From Octopus bimaculoides (Eukaryota): a stretch of 42,587 bases of DNA. How positions within the stretch are numbered: position 1 is the first letter of the stretch; each line of letters opens with the position of its first letter. The position numbers and the translations under genes were made by a program. The stretch lies in NCBI RefSeq assembly GCF_001194135.2, contig NC_068995.1, positions 52,142,343 through 52,184,929 of the forward strand, written 5' to 3'. The notes beneath the pieces are model-generated. The model worked only from the letters and a program-made list of their open reading frames with translations, was not told where the DNA came from and ran no database searches. Shown here piece after piece: positions 22,041-33,249 of the stretch.

Positions 22041-22081
22041 TTTGCAAGTCTCCACAGCACCGGAATATTCATGGTTTAACA
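22041..22081 (+). CDS. MAP2K5: MAP2K5 exon 5 (41 nt): (V)CKSPQHRNIHGLT
   Basis: TTTTCTAG acceptor; GTAAGT donor; matches MEK5 CKPPGERNIHGL. Confidence 0.95.
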
Positions 22082-22936
22082 GTAAGTACTCTTGAAATAT
22101 GCTATGCTAAGGTGACTGCGTGTGAGAAAGAGAGGGAGGGGTGGAGGAGAATGCAGATGTTACAATCAGACGGGAGAACAGAATGGGTGTGTACAAAACC
22201 ATGTCAAAGCTGGCATTTAAGCTTCATGCAGCCCTGCACTTGTGTGTGTGTGTGTGTGTCACTTTCTCCTTGCTTTGACATCGCGTAATTGTTATAAATG
22301 AGTGTCTCTTTCATACAAGCAGTGTTTTTCGTTTCCAAACTTCTGTGGAAACAAGTCTGGTCATGGGAGAGGCATTACGTTCGTCGGAAACAGGTGAGGC
22401 CATCCAGCTGTAGGAAATTTATCTCAACAGATTTCATCCTCCCTATGTAAGCATAGAAAGGTAAACATTAAGACAATGCTGCTGCTGTTGATGTTGATGA
22501 TGATGAGGACAATGAGGAGGTGGAGGATGGGTCAGTGCATCCGGTGATCTAATTTATCAACTTAAGACAGGTCTTGGCAGGAAATGGTCAGTGACAGAAT
22601 CATTAACTCACTGGACAACATGTCATACTGCATTGTCCTACATCTTTTCGAATTCCGAGTTCAAATCTTGCATTTGGATTGACCACCTTACCTGTCGTGT
22701 AGCGGAAGAGGAAGAGGAAGAGGTGTCAATAGAATAAGTAGTGGTAATGCCCCCTACAAACCTGTGCCAATGTAAGCAATTAGTACAAGGGTTTTCCCCC
22801 ATGGGCGTTTATTTGGATGGGTGGTTATTTGTGGTTAAAAATTGAAACAGAGTTAGTGTTCTTGTTTGCATTCTGTTTTTAGACGTTCATTTGCTCTACA
22901 TCTGTAGATAAATTCAAAGGATTTTTATTCCCAATA

Positions 22937-23011
22937 ATGGAGTCGAAAGAAAATACATCAAAACGTGTTCAACGATCCTATACCATTGGTGAAAAATTGA
23001 GTGCTTTTAAA
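22937..23011 (+). mobile_element. Pogo/Tigger-like transposase N-terminal remnant
   Basis: MESKENTSKRVQRSYTIGEKLSAFK resembles the RxSYTxxxKL start of the CENP-B-type HTH. Short, so tentative. Confidence 0.4.
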
Positions 23012-23244
23012 CTTCCATATTACCACCAATGGGCGCTTATTATAGGTGGGGGATTATTTAAGCCAAAAAATAGTTTTGCAAAGTAGAATTTTCCGTTTAA
23101 CAGCCCTGGGCAGATTTTCAGAAAACCCCCAGTATTTGTACACTTGTTGAACTTTTTGCAGTTGCTGTTTCCTGACTAATATTAAACTTGATTCTGTTTT
23201 GGTGTTTGCGTTTAATGTTGTTTCTGTTTTTGCTGTTGTTGTAG

Positions 23245-23306
23245 ATAAACACGCGTCAGCTCCCTGTATCTTTTATCCGACTTATGAATGTACCAAAAAA
23301 GAAACG
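23245..23306 (+). CDS. MAP2K5: MAP2K5 exon 6 (62 nt): INTRQLPVSFIRLMNVPKKK(R)
   Basis: GTAG acceptor; GTAAGC donor; INTR matches MEK5 VNTR; phases 0 and 2 fit the neighbours. Confidence 0.85.
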
Positions 23307-23344
23307 GTAAGCCAATGTTTGTGTTTTATTTTTTTGTTCTTTTG

Positions 23345-23518
23345 TTTGTTTCAGTCATTTGACTGTGGTGGTCATGCTGGAGCATTGCCTTTTTAGTCGA
23401 GAAAATTGACCCCAGGACTTATTCTATTGGTCTCTTTTGCCGAACCGCTAAGTTATGGGGACATAAAAACATCACCATCGGTTGTCAAGCGATGGTGGAG
23501 GACAAACACAGACACACA

Positions 23519-23559
<41 letters not shown>

Positions 23560-23610
23560 TACGGGCTTCTTTTAGTTTCCGTCTACCAAATCCAGCCTCA
23601 AGGCTTTGGG
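23345..23610 (-). mobile_element. SINE family A, partial
   Basis: Reverse complement of the family A tail and internal microsatellite. Confidence 0.85.
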
Positions 23611-23857
23611 CGGCAGTGGCAGCGGCACAATAAAGAGAAAAGAGAAGAGAAGGATGAATTAGGTGAGCCTTCAAAAAAGAAAGAAAAGCAACCAGTTTGA
23701 AAGAACAATGGCCCTTTGAGTTGTGGTACAAAAGACACATTGAGGAAACTGTTGTGGGTGAATGGTTTGGAGGATGTTGTTGATTGGTTCCATGAGACAT
23801 GGGGGTTTTTGTTGTTGTTGTTGTTTAAATTCTTTGTCTCTGTGTTTTTATTCCCAG

Positions 23858-23962
23858 CTCTGCCCAAAATATCAAAGACATTTTAGCATGTGGAAACATT
23901 GCAGAAGACGACCTGAAGGTGATAGAGGTTATTGGTCTTGGAAGCAGTGGGAAGGTTAACAG
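23858..23962 (+). CDS. MAP2K5: MAP2K5 exon 7 (105 nt): SAQNIKDILACGNIAEDDLKVIEVIGLGSSGKVN(R)
   Basis: TTCCCAG acceptor; GTTCGT donor; glycine-rich loop GLGSSGKV. Confidence 0.9.
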
Positions 23963-24620
23963 GTTCGTATGTCCATGTTTCGCCATGTAGCCTTTCTAAT
24001 TTCATTTCTGTGAAGAGGAAAACTCTCTCTTTCACACACACACATGTGAGCCAATGAGGGGAATCTTTATGCTGTTTTACAACCTGCTAGAAATAGCAGC
24101 CAAATTACACTCTATTATCATACAGAAAGATTTTTTTAAATGAAGGACATCTTGTATAATGTAGTCTAGCCATGTGATCTGTATCTACAAAGATTGGAGT
24201 GCTATGGCTAGAATGCCCTTAAGCACAGATCTGCTCAACCAGGGCTGACTTTGGTCAAAACAGAAACACACAAACATATATGCATATTAAGTTATCCTGA
24301 ACGCTCAGATTGCTAGATTGTAAGTTGTGAGTTCAAATCCTGTTGAATGCAGTATTAATTAATTGTTGATTTTATTCTGTGTAATCCTGCCATGTTCTCT
24401 TCTGTCAGATTCCATTTTATTCGGCACTTAATTCTATCATCTCTGTTTTATTCTACTCTCTGCCATGTCATTCTAACCTCTCCCTTCCAATTCTGTGTTT
24501 CCTTATTTCTTTTCCATTATAATTCCTACTATTCTTTTTATTAAAGTGGCTACATATATATATATATATCTCATCATCATCATCGTTTAACGTCCGCTTT
24601 CCATGCTATATATATATATG

Positions 24621-24651
<31 letters not shown>

Positions 24652-24782
24652 GTATATATATNNNNNNNNNNNNNNNNNNNNNNNNNNNNNNNNNNNNNNN
24701 NNNNNNNNNNNNNNNNNNNNNNNNNNNNNNNNTATATATATATATATATATTATATATAATTTCTTTGTTTTTGTTTTACAG

Positions 24783-24822
24783 AGCCCTGCATATACCAAC
24801 TCAGAAAATAATGGCTGTGAAA
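24783..24822 (+). CDS. MAP2K5: MAP2K5 exon 8 (40 nt): ALHIPTQKIMAVK
   Basis: TTTTACAG acceptor; GTAAGT donor; catalytic VAIK-equivalent MAVK. Confidence 0.95.
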
Positions 24823-25456
24823 GTAAGTATTTCCTCGAATGGCCCCTTGAATTGTTCATGTTTTTGATGTTGTTGTTGGGTTTAAATTGAAATCAACCCT
24901 GGCAGGGATGCAGGGTGAGCGAACACATCATCAAAAGACATTCCAGTTATGACATTTTTCTTTGTGTGTGTGTGTGTGTGTGTGTAGCACATACTCCAGA
25001 CCACATTTTATATATATATAAATATATATCAATAAAGAAAAATATGTAATGACTATTATTTATGCCTTGTCTCCTCCTCCTCCTCTTCCTTATCATCATC
25101 ATCATTGTCATCATCATCACTTTTATTCAAAGTGGACATTAAACGATGATAATGATGATGATGATGATTAGACAAAGTGTAAATAATATTTTCCTTTATT
25201 GCAGTAAATGTGGCTTACAGCTGTTTCCATTAGAAATTATAGGTTCGTTATTGATAGGTTTACTCACTCATTTCGTTAATTAGTTGAGAGAAATTGAATG
25301 ACCCAAAGAGTTAATGCTAGTTTCATCAGTGTCATTTCTAAATGTGTTGAGTGTCACTTTTTTCATTTGTCCATTCACTCACGTGCCTATATATATATAT
25401 ATATATTCAGCAGACACTCACACTAGTATATTGACTATATCATCTTGTCGCCACAG

Positions 25457-25525
25457 GTCATTCAACTAGATGTCACTCAGGAAACTCAGTCTGAAATTAT
25501 TTCGGAGTTGGAAATACTCTGTCAG
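25457..25525 (+). CDS. MAP2K5: MAP2K5 exon 9 (69 nt): VIQLDVTQETQSEIISELEILCQ
   Basis: CCACAG acceptor; GTAAAC donor; helix C ELEIL. Confidence 0.95.
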
Positions 25526-25635
25526 GTAAACTATATTACCATGTTTTATCTGTCTCACCACCACCACCACTACTATAGCCTCTACTCTTCTGAACAAGTA
25601 ATCTGTATTTCATACACACATACATGTATACATAC

Positions 25636-25678
<43 letters not shown>

Positions 25679-25679
<1 letters not shown>

Positions 25680-26530
25680 AGGGTGTGATGAGTAAATTGT
25701 CACCATTTTATATTTTTAATTTCACGCATGTGCATTGTTTGTTTTTGATTTTGTTGACTGCACAGTATAGTAGGGTCAGTTGGGCACCATCTGTGAGATA
25801 AACAGCATCATGACACAATTCACTCTGCCAGAAATTTGGAAACGATATGCTGTACTGCTTGGCATTTACACCAGAAGCTCCAGTACAAACATTTCAGAGT
25901 GTTTGGGTGTCAATCTGAGGAGAGAGCATGTACCAAAAGTGATAAAAATCAAACATCCAGTCAACATCATGGTGCTTGGAGTGGTCACTAGTGATGGCGA
26001 TGTTATGCCTTCGTCCATCTTCCCACACGGCCTCAGACTCAACAAGGAGGCCTGCATCAAGTGCCTGGAGGATGTAGTGTTGCTTTGAATTAAGAGGTTC
26101 ACTACTAGAAGACCCTATGTCTAGCAACAGGACTCTGTACCATGCTACACAAGCAAGAGAAGCCAGTCATGGCTGTCAGACAATATCTGTGACCATATTA
26201 CCCCTAACATCTGGCCAATTAACTCTCCAGACTGCAGCCCCCTTCGTTATTATTATGTGTGGGGTGCAGTTGAGTGAGAGACCAACAAAACTCCTTGTAA
26301 CACCAAAGATGAACTGAAGGCAAGGATTATGGCAACATTCACCAACTTAAACAAGGATTCCATCCAGAAGAGGTGCAGTCATTTAGGGGCTGTGGTTGAA
26401 GCTAATGGCAATTTTATTGAGTAAATTTACTCTTTAGTATTTCTAGATATTTTTATGTAATTTTGGTTAAATTGTGGTGTCAGTGTTATTTTCATGTTTG
26501 CGTAATTTAGACAACAGTTTACTCATCGTC
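25679..26530 (+). mobile_element. Tc1/mariner maT-type (DD37D-like) deletion derivative
   Basis: TA then CAGGGTGTGATGAGTAAATTGTC left end; degenerate right end GACAACAGTTTACTCATC (26510-26527). Translation KHPVNIMVLGVVTSDG..QQDSVPC..WPINSPDCSPL..YVWG..VVEANGNFIE* with internal stops. Confidence 0.85.
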
Positions 26531-26750
26531 TCTCTTTGCTTTCACTCCTTTCAACTTTACTTTGAAGAAAAATTCTGTCCAAAGTGTCAGATTTTTTTCA
26601 CATCCCCACTGTACTCTTTTCGTCAATTTTCCTATACACATACATGCATGTACGTGCACACACGCACACACTCATGCTCACACACACATACATACACACA
26701 CACACATACACACATGTAATTCATCCATATTTTTTGTCCTTCATTTACAG

Positions 26751-26832
26751 TGCCATTCACCTGCTATTATAGGATTTTATGGAGCATTTTTTGTTGAGAA
26801 CCGCATCTCAATTTGTACAGAATTCATGGATG
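26751..26832 (+). CDS. MAP2K5: MAP2K5 exon 10 (82 nt): [27 protein letters not shown](G)
   Basis: TTTACAG acceptor; GTAAGT donor; nearly identical to vertebrate MEK5. Confidence 0.98.
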
Positions 26833-27049
26833 GTAAGTCTCCCATGAAAATTTCCTTTTAAGCAATCTTTGAATCTACATGCACACCAATACACTCAGAC
26901 ACATGCCTGTGGGTGGAACATTGGCTCGATTTCATTCAACTATAACCTTGGAAGATGCAGAAATGAGTGACCACATGCTTTTGTGCTCAAAACTGAAAAT
27001 AAGAATGCTCCTGCCAATTAGTGAGCTCATCATCATCATCATCATTATA

Positions 27050-27400
27050 ATCATCATTTAACGTCCGTGTTCTATGCTAGCATGGGTGAGATGGTACCAC
27101 AAAAGCCAGCCAGGCCGAAGCCTGCACCAGACTTCTGTGACTGTTTAGGCAGGATTTTTACAGCTGGATGCCCTTCCTAACACCAACCACTCAACAGAGT
27201 GGACTTAGTGCTTTTTACGTGGCATAAACACAGGCGAGGTCAGTTTTTATAGCTGGATGCCCTTCTGAACACCAACCACTTTACAGTGTGGACTGAGTGC
27301 TTTTAAGTGGCACCTGCATTGACAGGGTCACCAAGTACTTGCAAGACAAAAACTTTTAAGAGGGGATGAGGCATTGGTGACAGTGAGACAGATACAGGTG
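27050..27400 (+). repeat. Interspersed repeat family E
   Basis: Starts CATCATTTAACGTCCG..CATGCTAGCATGGG and has the CTGGATGCCCTTC motif twice. Confidence 0.7.
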
Positions 27401-27708
27401 TCTTGCTGTGGAGGAAGTACAAGGTTACCTGGCCGGAGAGAGAAAGATCAGGAATGAAAACAGAAACAGGTGTGCTACCGCAAAGAAAATACACGGTTGC
27501 TTCACCTGAAGAAAGTGCAACAGAAAGAGAGACAGAGAGAGAGAGAGCGAGTGGGAGGCCACAGGATGGAGATAGAAAACCCTGTGGCCATTGACTTTTG
27601 TGTCTTCAAGGAGAATAGTCAAATGAAATCAGTCACTGAAGTCTACTCATGAATTCAAAAGCTTAAACTCTGACAATTCTGTTCTTGCATTTTTTTTTTG
27701 TTCTTCAG

Positions 27709-27819
27709 GTGGTTCCTTAGACAAATATGGAAAAGTGCCACAGTCAGTCCTCGGTAAAATCACCTGTTTGGTCGTGCAAGGGTTGCAATACCTGTGGAGT
27801 CTGAAAATCTTACACAGAG
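27709..27819 (+). CDS. MAP2K5: MAP2K5 exon 11 (111 nt): GSLDKYGKVPQSVLGKITCLVVQGLQYLWSLKILHR(D)
   Basis: TTCTTCAG acceptor; GTAAAG donor; HRD motif split by the following intron. Confidence 0.97.
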
Positions 27820-28065
27820 GTAAAGTTCTTTCCAGTCTTCTTACACATGTGTTAAAACTTGATAGAATTGTCAGAGAACTGGATAAAATACCTTGTGGTA
27901 TTTAGTTGCAACCCTTTATATACAGAGATCAAATCCTGCCATGATTAACTTTGCTTTTCATCCTTATGGGTCAATAAAATTCATACCAGTCACGAAATGA
28001 GATTAATATTATCAATTGTTCTCTCACCATTAAATTTCTGGACTTGTGCCAGTCTAATAATTTAT

Positions 28066-28079
28066 TATTATTACTATTA

Positions 28080-28141
<62 letters not shown>

Positions 28142-28162
28142 GTTGTTGTTGTTGTTATTATT
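28066..28162. repeat. (TTA)n/(TTG)n microsatellite
   Basis: Tandem TTA run ending in TTG units. Confidence 0.95.
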
Positions 28163-28345
28163 AAGGCAGCGAGCTTGCAGAATCATTGGCATGCCAGGTG
28201 AAATGCTTAGCAGCATTTCATGTCTTTACGTTCTGAGTTCAAATTCCGCTGGGGTTGACTTTGTCTTTCATCCTTTCAGGGTCAATAAATTAAGTACCAG
28301 TGAAACACTGGGGTTGATGTAATTGACTTAACCCCTCCCCCCAAA
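28160..28345 (+). repeat. Family D repeat, CpG-decayed
   Basis: AAGGCAGCGAGCTTGCAGAATC..GTTCTGAGTTCAAATTCCGC. Confidence 0.8.
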
Positions 28346-28467
28346 ATATGGTACCAGTTGTGTACTGGGCTCAGTCAAATCAAGTGTATACCTCCTCCTC
28401 CTCCAGCTTAGAAAACTTTTGCCATTTGTATTCCATATTGTCTTTTTTTTTTACGTTTGCTTTTTGT

Positions 28468-28700
28468 GGAGGTGCATGGCTTAGTGGTTAGGGTGTTGGA
28501 CTCATAATCATGTGATTGTGGTTTCAATTCCTGGACCAGGCAACACGTTGTGTTCTTGAGCAAACCACTTCATTTTACATTGCTCCAGTCCACTCCACTG
28601 GTAACAGGGAGTAATCCTGCAGTGTACTGGCGTCCCATCCAGGAGGGAACGTATACTCCAGAGAAACCAGGAAAACAGCCTTATGCTCCTTATGGAGCAA
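28468..28700 (+). mobile_element. SINE family C copy
   Basis: GTGGAGGTGCATGGCTTAGTGG head and GACTGGCGTCCC-like body shared with 13158. Confidence 0.8.
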
Positions 28701-28744
28701 CGTGGATTGACCATATCATTGTTTTACTTTCACTTTCTCCATAG

Positions 28745-28818
28745 ACGTGAAACCGTCTAATATCCTCGTCAATTCCAAAGGAGAAGTGAAGCTATGTGAT
28801 TTTGGTGTAAGCACCCAG
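28745..28818 (+). CDS. MAP2K5: MAP2K5 exon 12 (74 nt): [24 protein letters not shown]
   Basis: CCATAG acceptor; GTAACA donor; catalytic loop and DFG. Confidence 0.98.
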
Positions 28819-29706
28819 GTAACAAAAATATTTGCTTTATTTCATTTTTATTTTTGCTTCTAAGTTTGTTGTTTTTGTTGTATTTTTCTCTCTTTTTCTG
28901 TTTACAGGTGCCACGTCCTCATATTCTTCTACCTGACCATTTCTAAAGTTCCATGCTTTATGTTTTTAGTGCTTGTTTTTTTCTCTCCCTAACTGATTGT
29001 TCTCCTCTCAGGATTAATACTGCATTTGATGCCATAAAAGACACATAAATATATCAGATGCAATTTCTGTGGTGCCTATTTAGGAAAAAAGGGTTTTAGT
29101 GCTCGGAAGCAAGTAATATTTAAAGCAATCAAGGCAGCAAGAATCGTTAACACTGCAGAATCGTTAACCAAAATCTGTAGCAGCATTTCATGTCTTTACA
29201 TTCTAAGTTCAAATTCTGCCAAGTTGACTTTGCTTTCCATTCTTTCAAGATCAATAAAATAAATGTAAGTTGAACACTGGGTTTGATGTAATTGACTTAA
29301 CCCCTCCCCCAAAATTGCAGGCCTTGTGCCAAAATTTGAAACCAATCTTAAAAGCAATCCACAAAAGTACTTTAGCTATAACTGAAAATATTACTACTAG
29401 TAGATATTATTATTATGGAGTCAGGTTTGGTAGAAGGGACCATCTAGATTAAAATTAGCCTTTAGTAATGAATGTCAGGCACAAAATCAGCTTATGAGTG
29501 GACAAACGAAAGAAAAGGGGCACTCAACTTATTTAATAGGGGTTACATGTATTATTATTTAAAACAGTTAAAGTTCCATAGTTCTTAGGCTCCTTGCAGA
29601 AACCTTGTTCATTAGGCTCAAGGTGGCTGCCTGTACCTCACAAGCCAGGCTTTTGTTAAGTTGCATGGGGGTCAAATGAAACTGCCTTGAATAATAATTA
29701 TATATG

Positions 29707-29995
29707 CAGGGTGCGTAAGACATTTGAGGACGGATTTATGTTTATTCAAAAACAGATATATAATAACAAATAATAACTTTATTATGAGGATAAAAATAAC
29801 CTGTCTTTTCTATAATGTTATTGAATAAAGCCACCTTCAGCTTCAACAACTGCCTCTATATGAGATCTAAATCATCTGCATGCTTGAAACAGGTGGTCCT
29901 GGTTCATTTTGGACATTACTCTGATTATGGCAGCTTTCAAAGAATCTTTGGTATTATGGGCGTGTTGACTGACCTCTCTCAACAGCGCTTCAATT
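29707..29995 (-). mobile_element. Second maT/Tc1-like element, 3' end only
   Basis: Minus strand HNTKDSLKAAIIRVMSKMNQDHLFQACR*FRSHIEAVVEAEGGFIQ* (stop at 29818-29820) and terminal CAGGGTG at 29707. Confidence 0.75.
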
Positions 29996-31826
29996 AATGA
30001 AGACCTGCATTTAATTAAGGAAGTGTAATAAAGATTGACATCTTCCAATATTTTTTTTTTTTGACATTTTTGAAAAACAATTTAATAGAATTATTTTTTA
30101 AATGGAAGGCAAATGAAAGACAAAAATATATTTATTCATGTTTTTTTATTGTTTTTTTTATCTTTTTTCCCCTCTTAAATGCAGCAATTTGGATGATGGT
30201 AAAATTAAAGGTAAGATGGTTTAGAGTAAATTTCAGGTTTTATATGTATGTGTGTATATTTGTTAATTTTTATCTTTCTTTTCTGTCTGTCACTACTCGT
30301 TCACAAAAGCACTCTCATCATCAACATAATGATAACGATAGGCTAACAATAGAACCTCAAGGTGGTAACTCCACTTGTCAGAAATAGCAGTCAAATCTCC
30401 ATCAGATTAAATAGCAATATAAGGAAAAAAACAAAACAAGGCAATGAATAAAGACAAAAAAACAAAGGTAAAACAAGAGCATACTGAATCATATATTGCA
30501 TATCATTTCTTTTTTTGCCCTGATCAGAGTTTTTTTTTTTTTGTACCTTTGCTTTCCACTGGATTTTTGACCATATTGTCACAATCTCAGAGATTCTTGG
30601 GTTAATCTTAGTTCAAATGACAATGGATCTCATCATCATCATCGTTTAACATCCGTTTTCCATGCTAGCATGAGTTGGACGGTTCAACTGGGGTTTGGGA
30701 CCTCTCAATTGGTCAAGATATAAAACCCTTAATTTTCCGTCCACCTCTTTCACTTTTTGTATTTCTTTGCTTGGTGATTCCGTTTTTATTTTATTTTGTG
30801 ATGTTAATTGCCCCTTATCCTGTCCCTTTATCATGCTTTAGCCTCTCAGTACTTGACACAAAGNNNNNNNNNNNNNNNNNNNNNNNNNNNNNNNNNNNNN
30901 NNNNNNNNNNNNNNNNNNNNNNNNNNNNNNNNNNNNNNNNNNNNNNNNNNNNNNNNNNNNNNNNNNNNATTTTTTTGTTATTGCTGTTGTTGTTGTTGTT
31001 GTTGTTGTTGTTGTATTGCATAATAGCCCTGGATTTTGAAGATAAGAAGGTAAGTTTTTGCTCAACCAAGTGCCCTACACATCTCATTTCACTCAGCTGC
31101 TAATGCTCATGGGAAAGGCTTAAACATCACAACTTCCCAATTCTCCTATGCTTAAAATCTTACATTTCATGCCTTGTATATGTAAAAAAAAAAAAATATT
31201 GTTGTTCTAATTTTGCTTATTTTATTTTATTTTGTGATGTTAATTGCCCCTTATCCTGTCCCTTTATCATGCTTTAGCCTCTCAGTACTTGACACAAAGT
31301 CCACTGTCCCTCAACATTGCACCTCAATTCTATCGAGGGATCTTGTCTTGCAAGTTACCTGATGATCTCCCTAGCGCTGGTACCATGGAAAAAGAAAAAC
31401 TGAAACATCCAACATGGTCTCTGAAGTGGTTGGCATTAGGAAGGACTTCCAACCATAGAAACCTTGCCAAAGCTGACATTGGAACCCATCGAACAGATAT
31501 TGAAAAACCAGGGCTATCGTGGAAGACACTTGCCCAAGGTTTTGTGCAATGGAACTGAACTCAAGCCCACATGGTTGAGAAACTTCTTACCACATGGCCA
31601 CTAGTGCGTTGGCAAATATTTTTTTTTATAAATTTCGCTTTTCTGAGTTTTCTCCCCGTACCAGTCTTAATGAAAATTAATCATTGAAAGTTCATGACTT
31701 CTCTTCATGATGGGTGCAATTTTAATTGGGAAAACGTTTGGCGGCTGCTACTCATTCCATTGGGTATGTTAGGTCTGCACTTAATTATTGTAGAATTAAA
31801 CAGTGTTTTTTTATATATTTTTACAG

Positions 31827-31877
31827 CTGGTGGAGTCAATCGCCACAACCTATGTGGGAACCAATGCCTACATGGCA
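31827..31877 (+). CDS. MAP2K5: MAP2K5 exon 13 (51 nt): LVESIATTYVGTNAYMA
   Basis: TTTTACAG acceptor; GTAAGT donor; activation loop S-x-x-x-T. Confidence 0.98.
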
Positions 31878-32348
31878 GTAAGTACTATTTTATTGTGCTA
31901 CTCTACATTGCATCATCATCATCATCATCATCACCCCCACCACCGTCACCATCATTAGCAACAGCATCATCATCATCAACATCATTATCGTCATTAACAT
32001 CATCCTCATCAACATCATTTTGCATCTGTTTCCCCAGTCTGTTCCAGCGCTAGCGTCCACCACCTGTCAGTGAATACATTTATTATTGACCAGTTAAATG
32101 TGTGTGTATAAAAGAGAGAAGGAAAAAGAGAGAATGTATACATGTGTGTATATATGAAAGCATTTGTAGAACATTCTCTACACACCCATAAATATACATA
32201 CAAAGTAATAATGTTGGTATGTGCATATCTATTTGTCTATCTATTTATCTATCTATCTATCTATCTATCTATCAATTTCTCTCTCTCTCTATCTATCTCT
32301 CTATCTGTCTGCCTCTGAATGACTGCATTATGTAATTTCTCTCTTCAG

Positions 32349-32420
32349 CCTGAACGTCTTCAGGCCAAGGAATATGGGATGCCAGCAGATGTTTGGAGTT
32401 TGGGGGTTACTTTATTCGTG
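32349..32420 (+). CDS. MAP2K5: MAP2K5 exon 14 (72 nt): PERLQAKEYGMPADVWSLGVTLFV
   Basis: CTCTTCAG acceptor; GTAAGG donor; APE and DVWSLG motifs. Confidence 0.97.
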
Positions 32421-32597
32421 GTAAGGTTTTGCATTGTATATCTGAAATTCATGGCTTTTGTAGAATTTTTTTGAAATTTTATATGTAATATTATTTCTCT
32501 GTCTAAAGAATTTCTTGATAAGAGATATCTTACATGTTATTCCCACATGTGCAATTTTATAACTTTTATTAGCAAATGTAATGGTGAATAAATAATA

Positions 32598-32600
<3 letters not shown>

Positions 32601-32648
<48 letters not shown>
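32601..32648. repeat. Poly(T) tract, 48 nt
   Basis: Uninterrupted T run. Confidence 0.95.
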
Positions 32649-32650
<2 letters not shown>

Positions 32651-32824
32651 AATCTCCTGTTTTAATACATAATTACTCTGCAAAAAATATTTTCCAAAAT
32701 TCTTCTCACAAATATAACACCTACATATGACTTTGGAGTGCTGAAATAAGCAGATGTGCTTCAAGAGAACATGGCTTGGATTATTATCCTATCTGCATAA
32801 TTTTACATATATATATATATGTTT

Positions 32825-32864
<40 letters not shown>

Positions 32865-33067
32865 TTACCACACAGCCACTCCTACGCCTATATATGTGTG
32901 TGTGTGTATGAATATATGTATATATATATATGTATGTGTATGTATATATATGTGTGTGTGTCTCTTTGTCATTCAATCATACCTTTCCTTTTTTTTTCTT
33001 CATTTGCTTTATCATTCTCTTCTATTTTCTTCTTTTTCTTCTCACTTTCTCATTTCTCTATTTTCAG

Positions 33068-33097
33068 TTTGCCTCTGGAGAGTTTCCATTTTCATTG
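33068..33097 (+). CDS. MAP2K5: MAP2K5 exon 15 (30 nt): FASGEFPFSL
   Basis: Long pyrimidine tract and TTTTCAG acceptor; GTAAGT donor; matches LALGRFPYPQ. Confidence 0.92.
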
Positions 33098-33171
33098 GTA
33101 AGTCATCTTTTTTTTTTACCTCTTAAATATCAACATCTACAATTCTTTATTCCCGTTCCGTTTTTTCTTTC

Positions 33172-33208
<37 letters not shown>

Positions 33209-33249
33209 CCTCTCTCTCCACCTCTCTCTCCACCTCCCAGGTGTAAGAG

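Noticed and set aside
27446-27466. CTGAAGA..GAAA spacing (similar cases at ~10723 and ~31346)
   Set aside because: No stem II or stem I pairing; chance matches inside other repeats.
28044-28322. Poly-Leu/poly-Asn and similar low-complexity ORFs (also 15957, 16837, 32754, 36863)
   Set aside because: They are translations of microsatellites.
33241-33242. Strong acceptor (CT-rich tract, CCCAG) followed by GT-GTAAGA as an extra MAP2K5 exon
   Set aside because: The tract is a (CT)n microsatellite next to a LINE fragment, and a 2-nt exon would break the frame.
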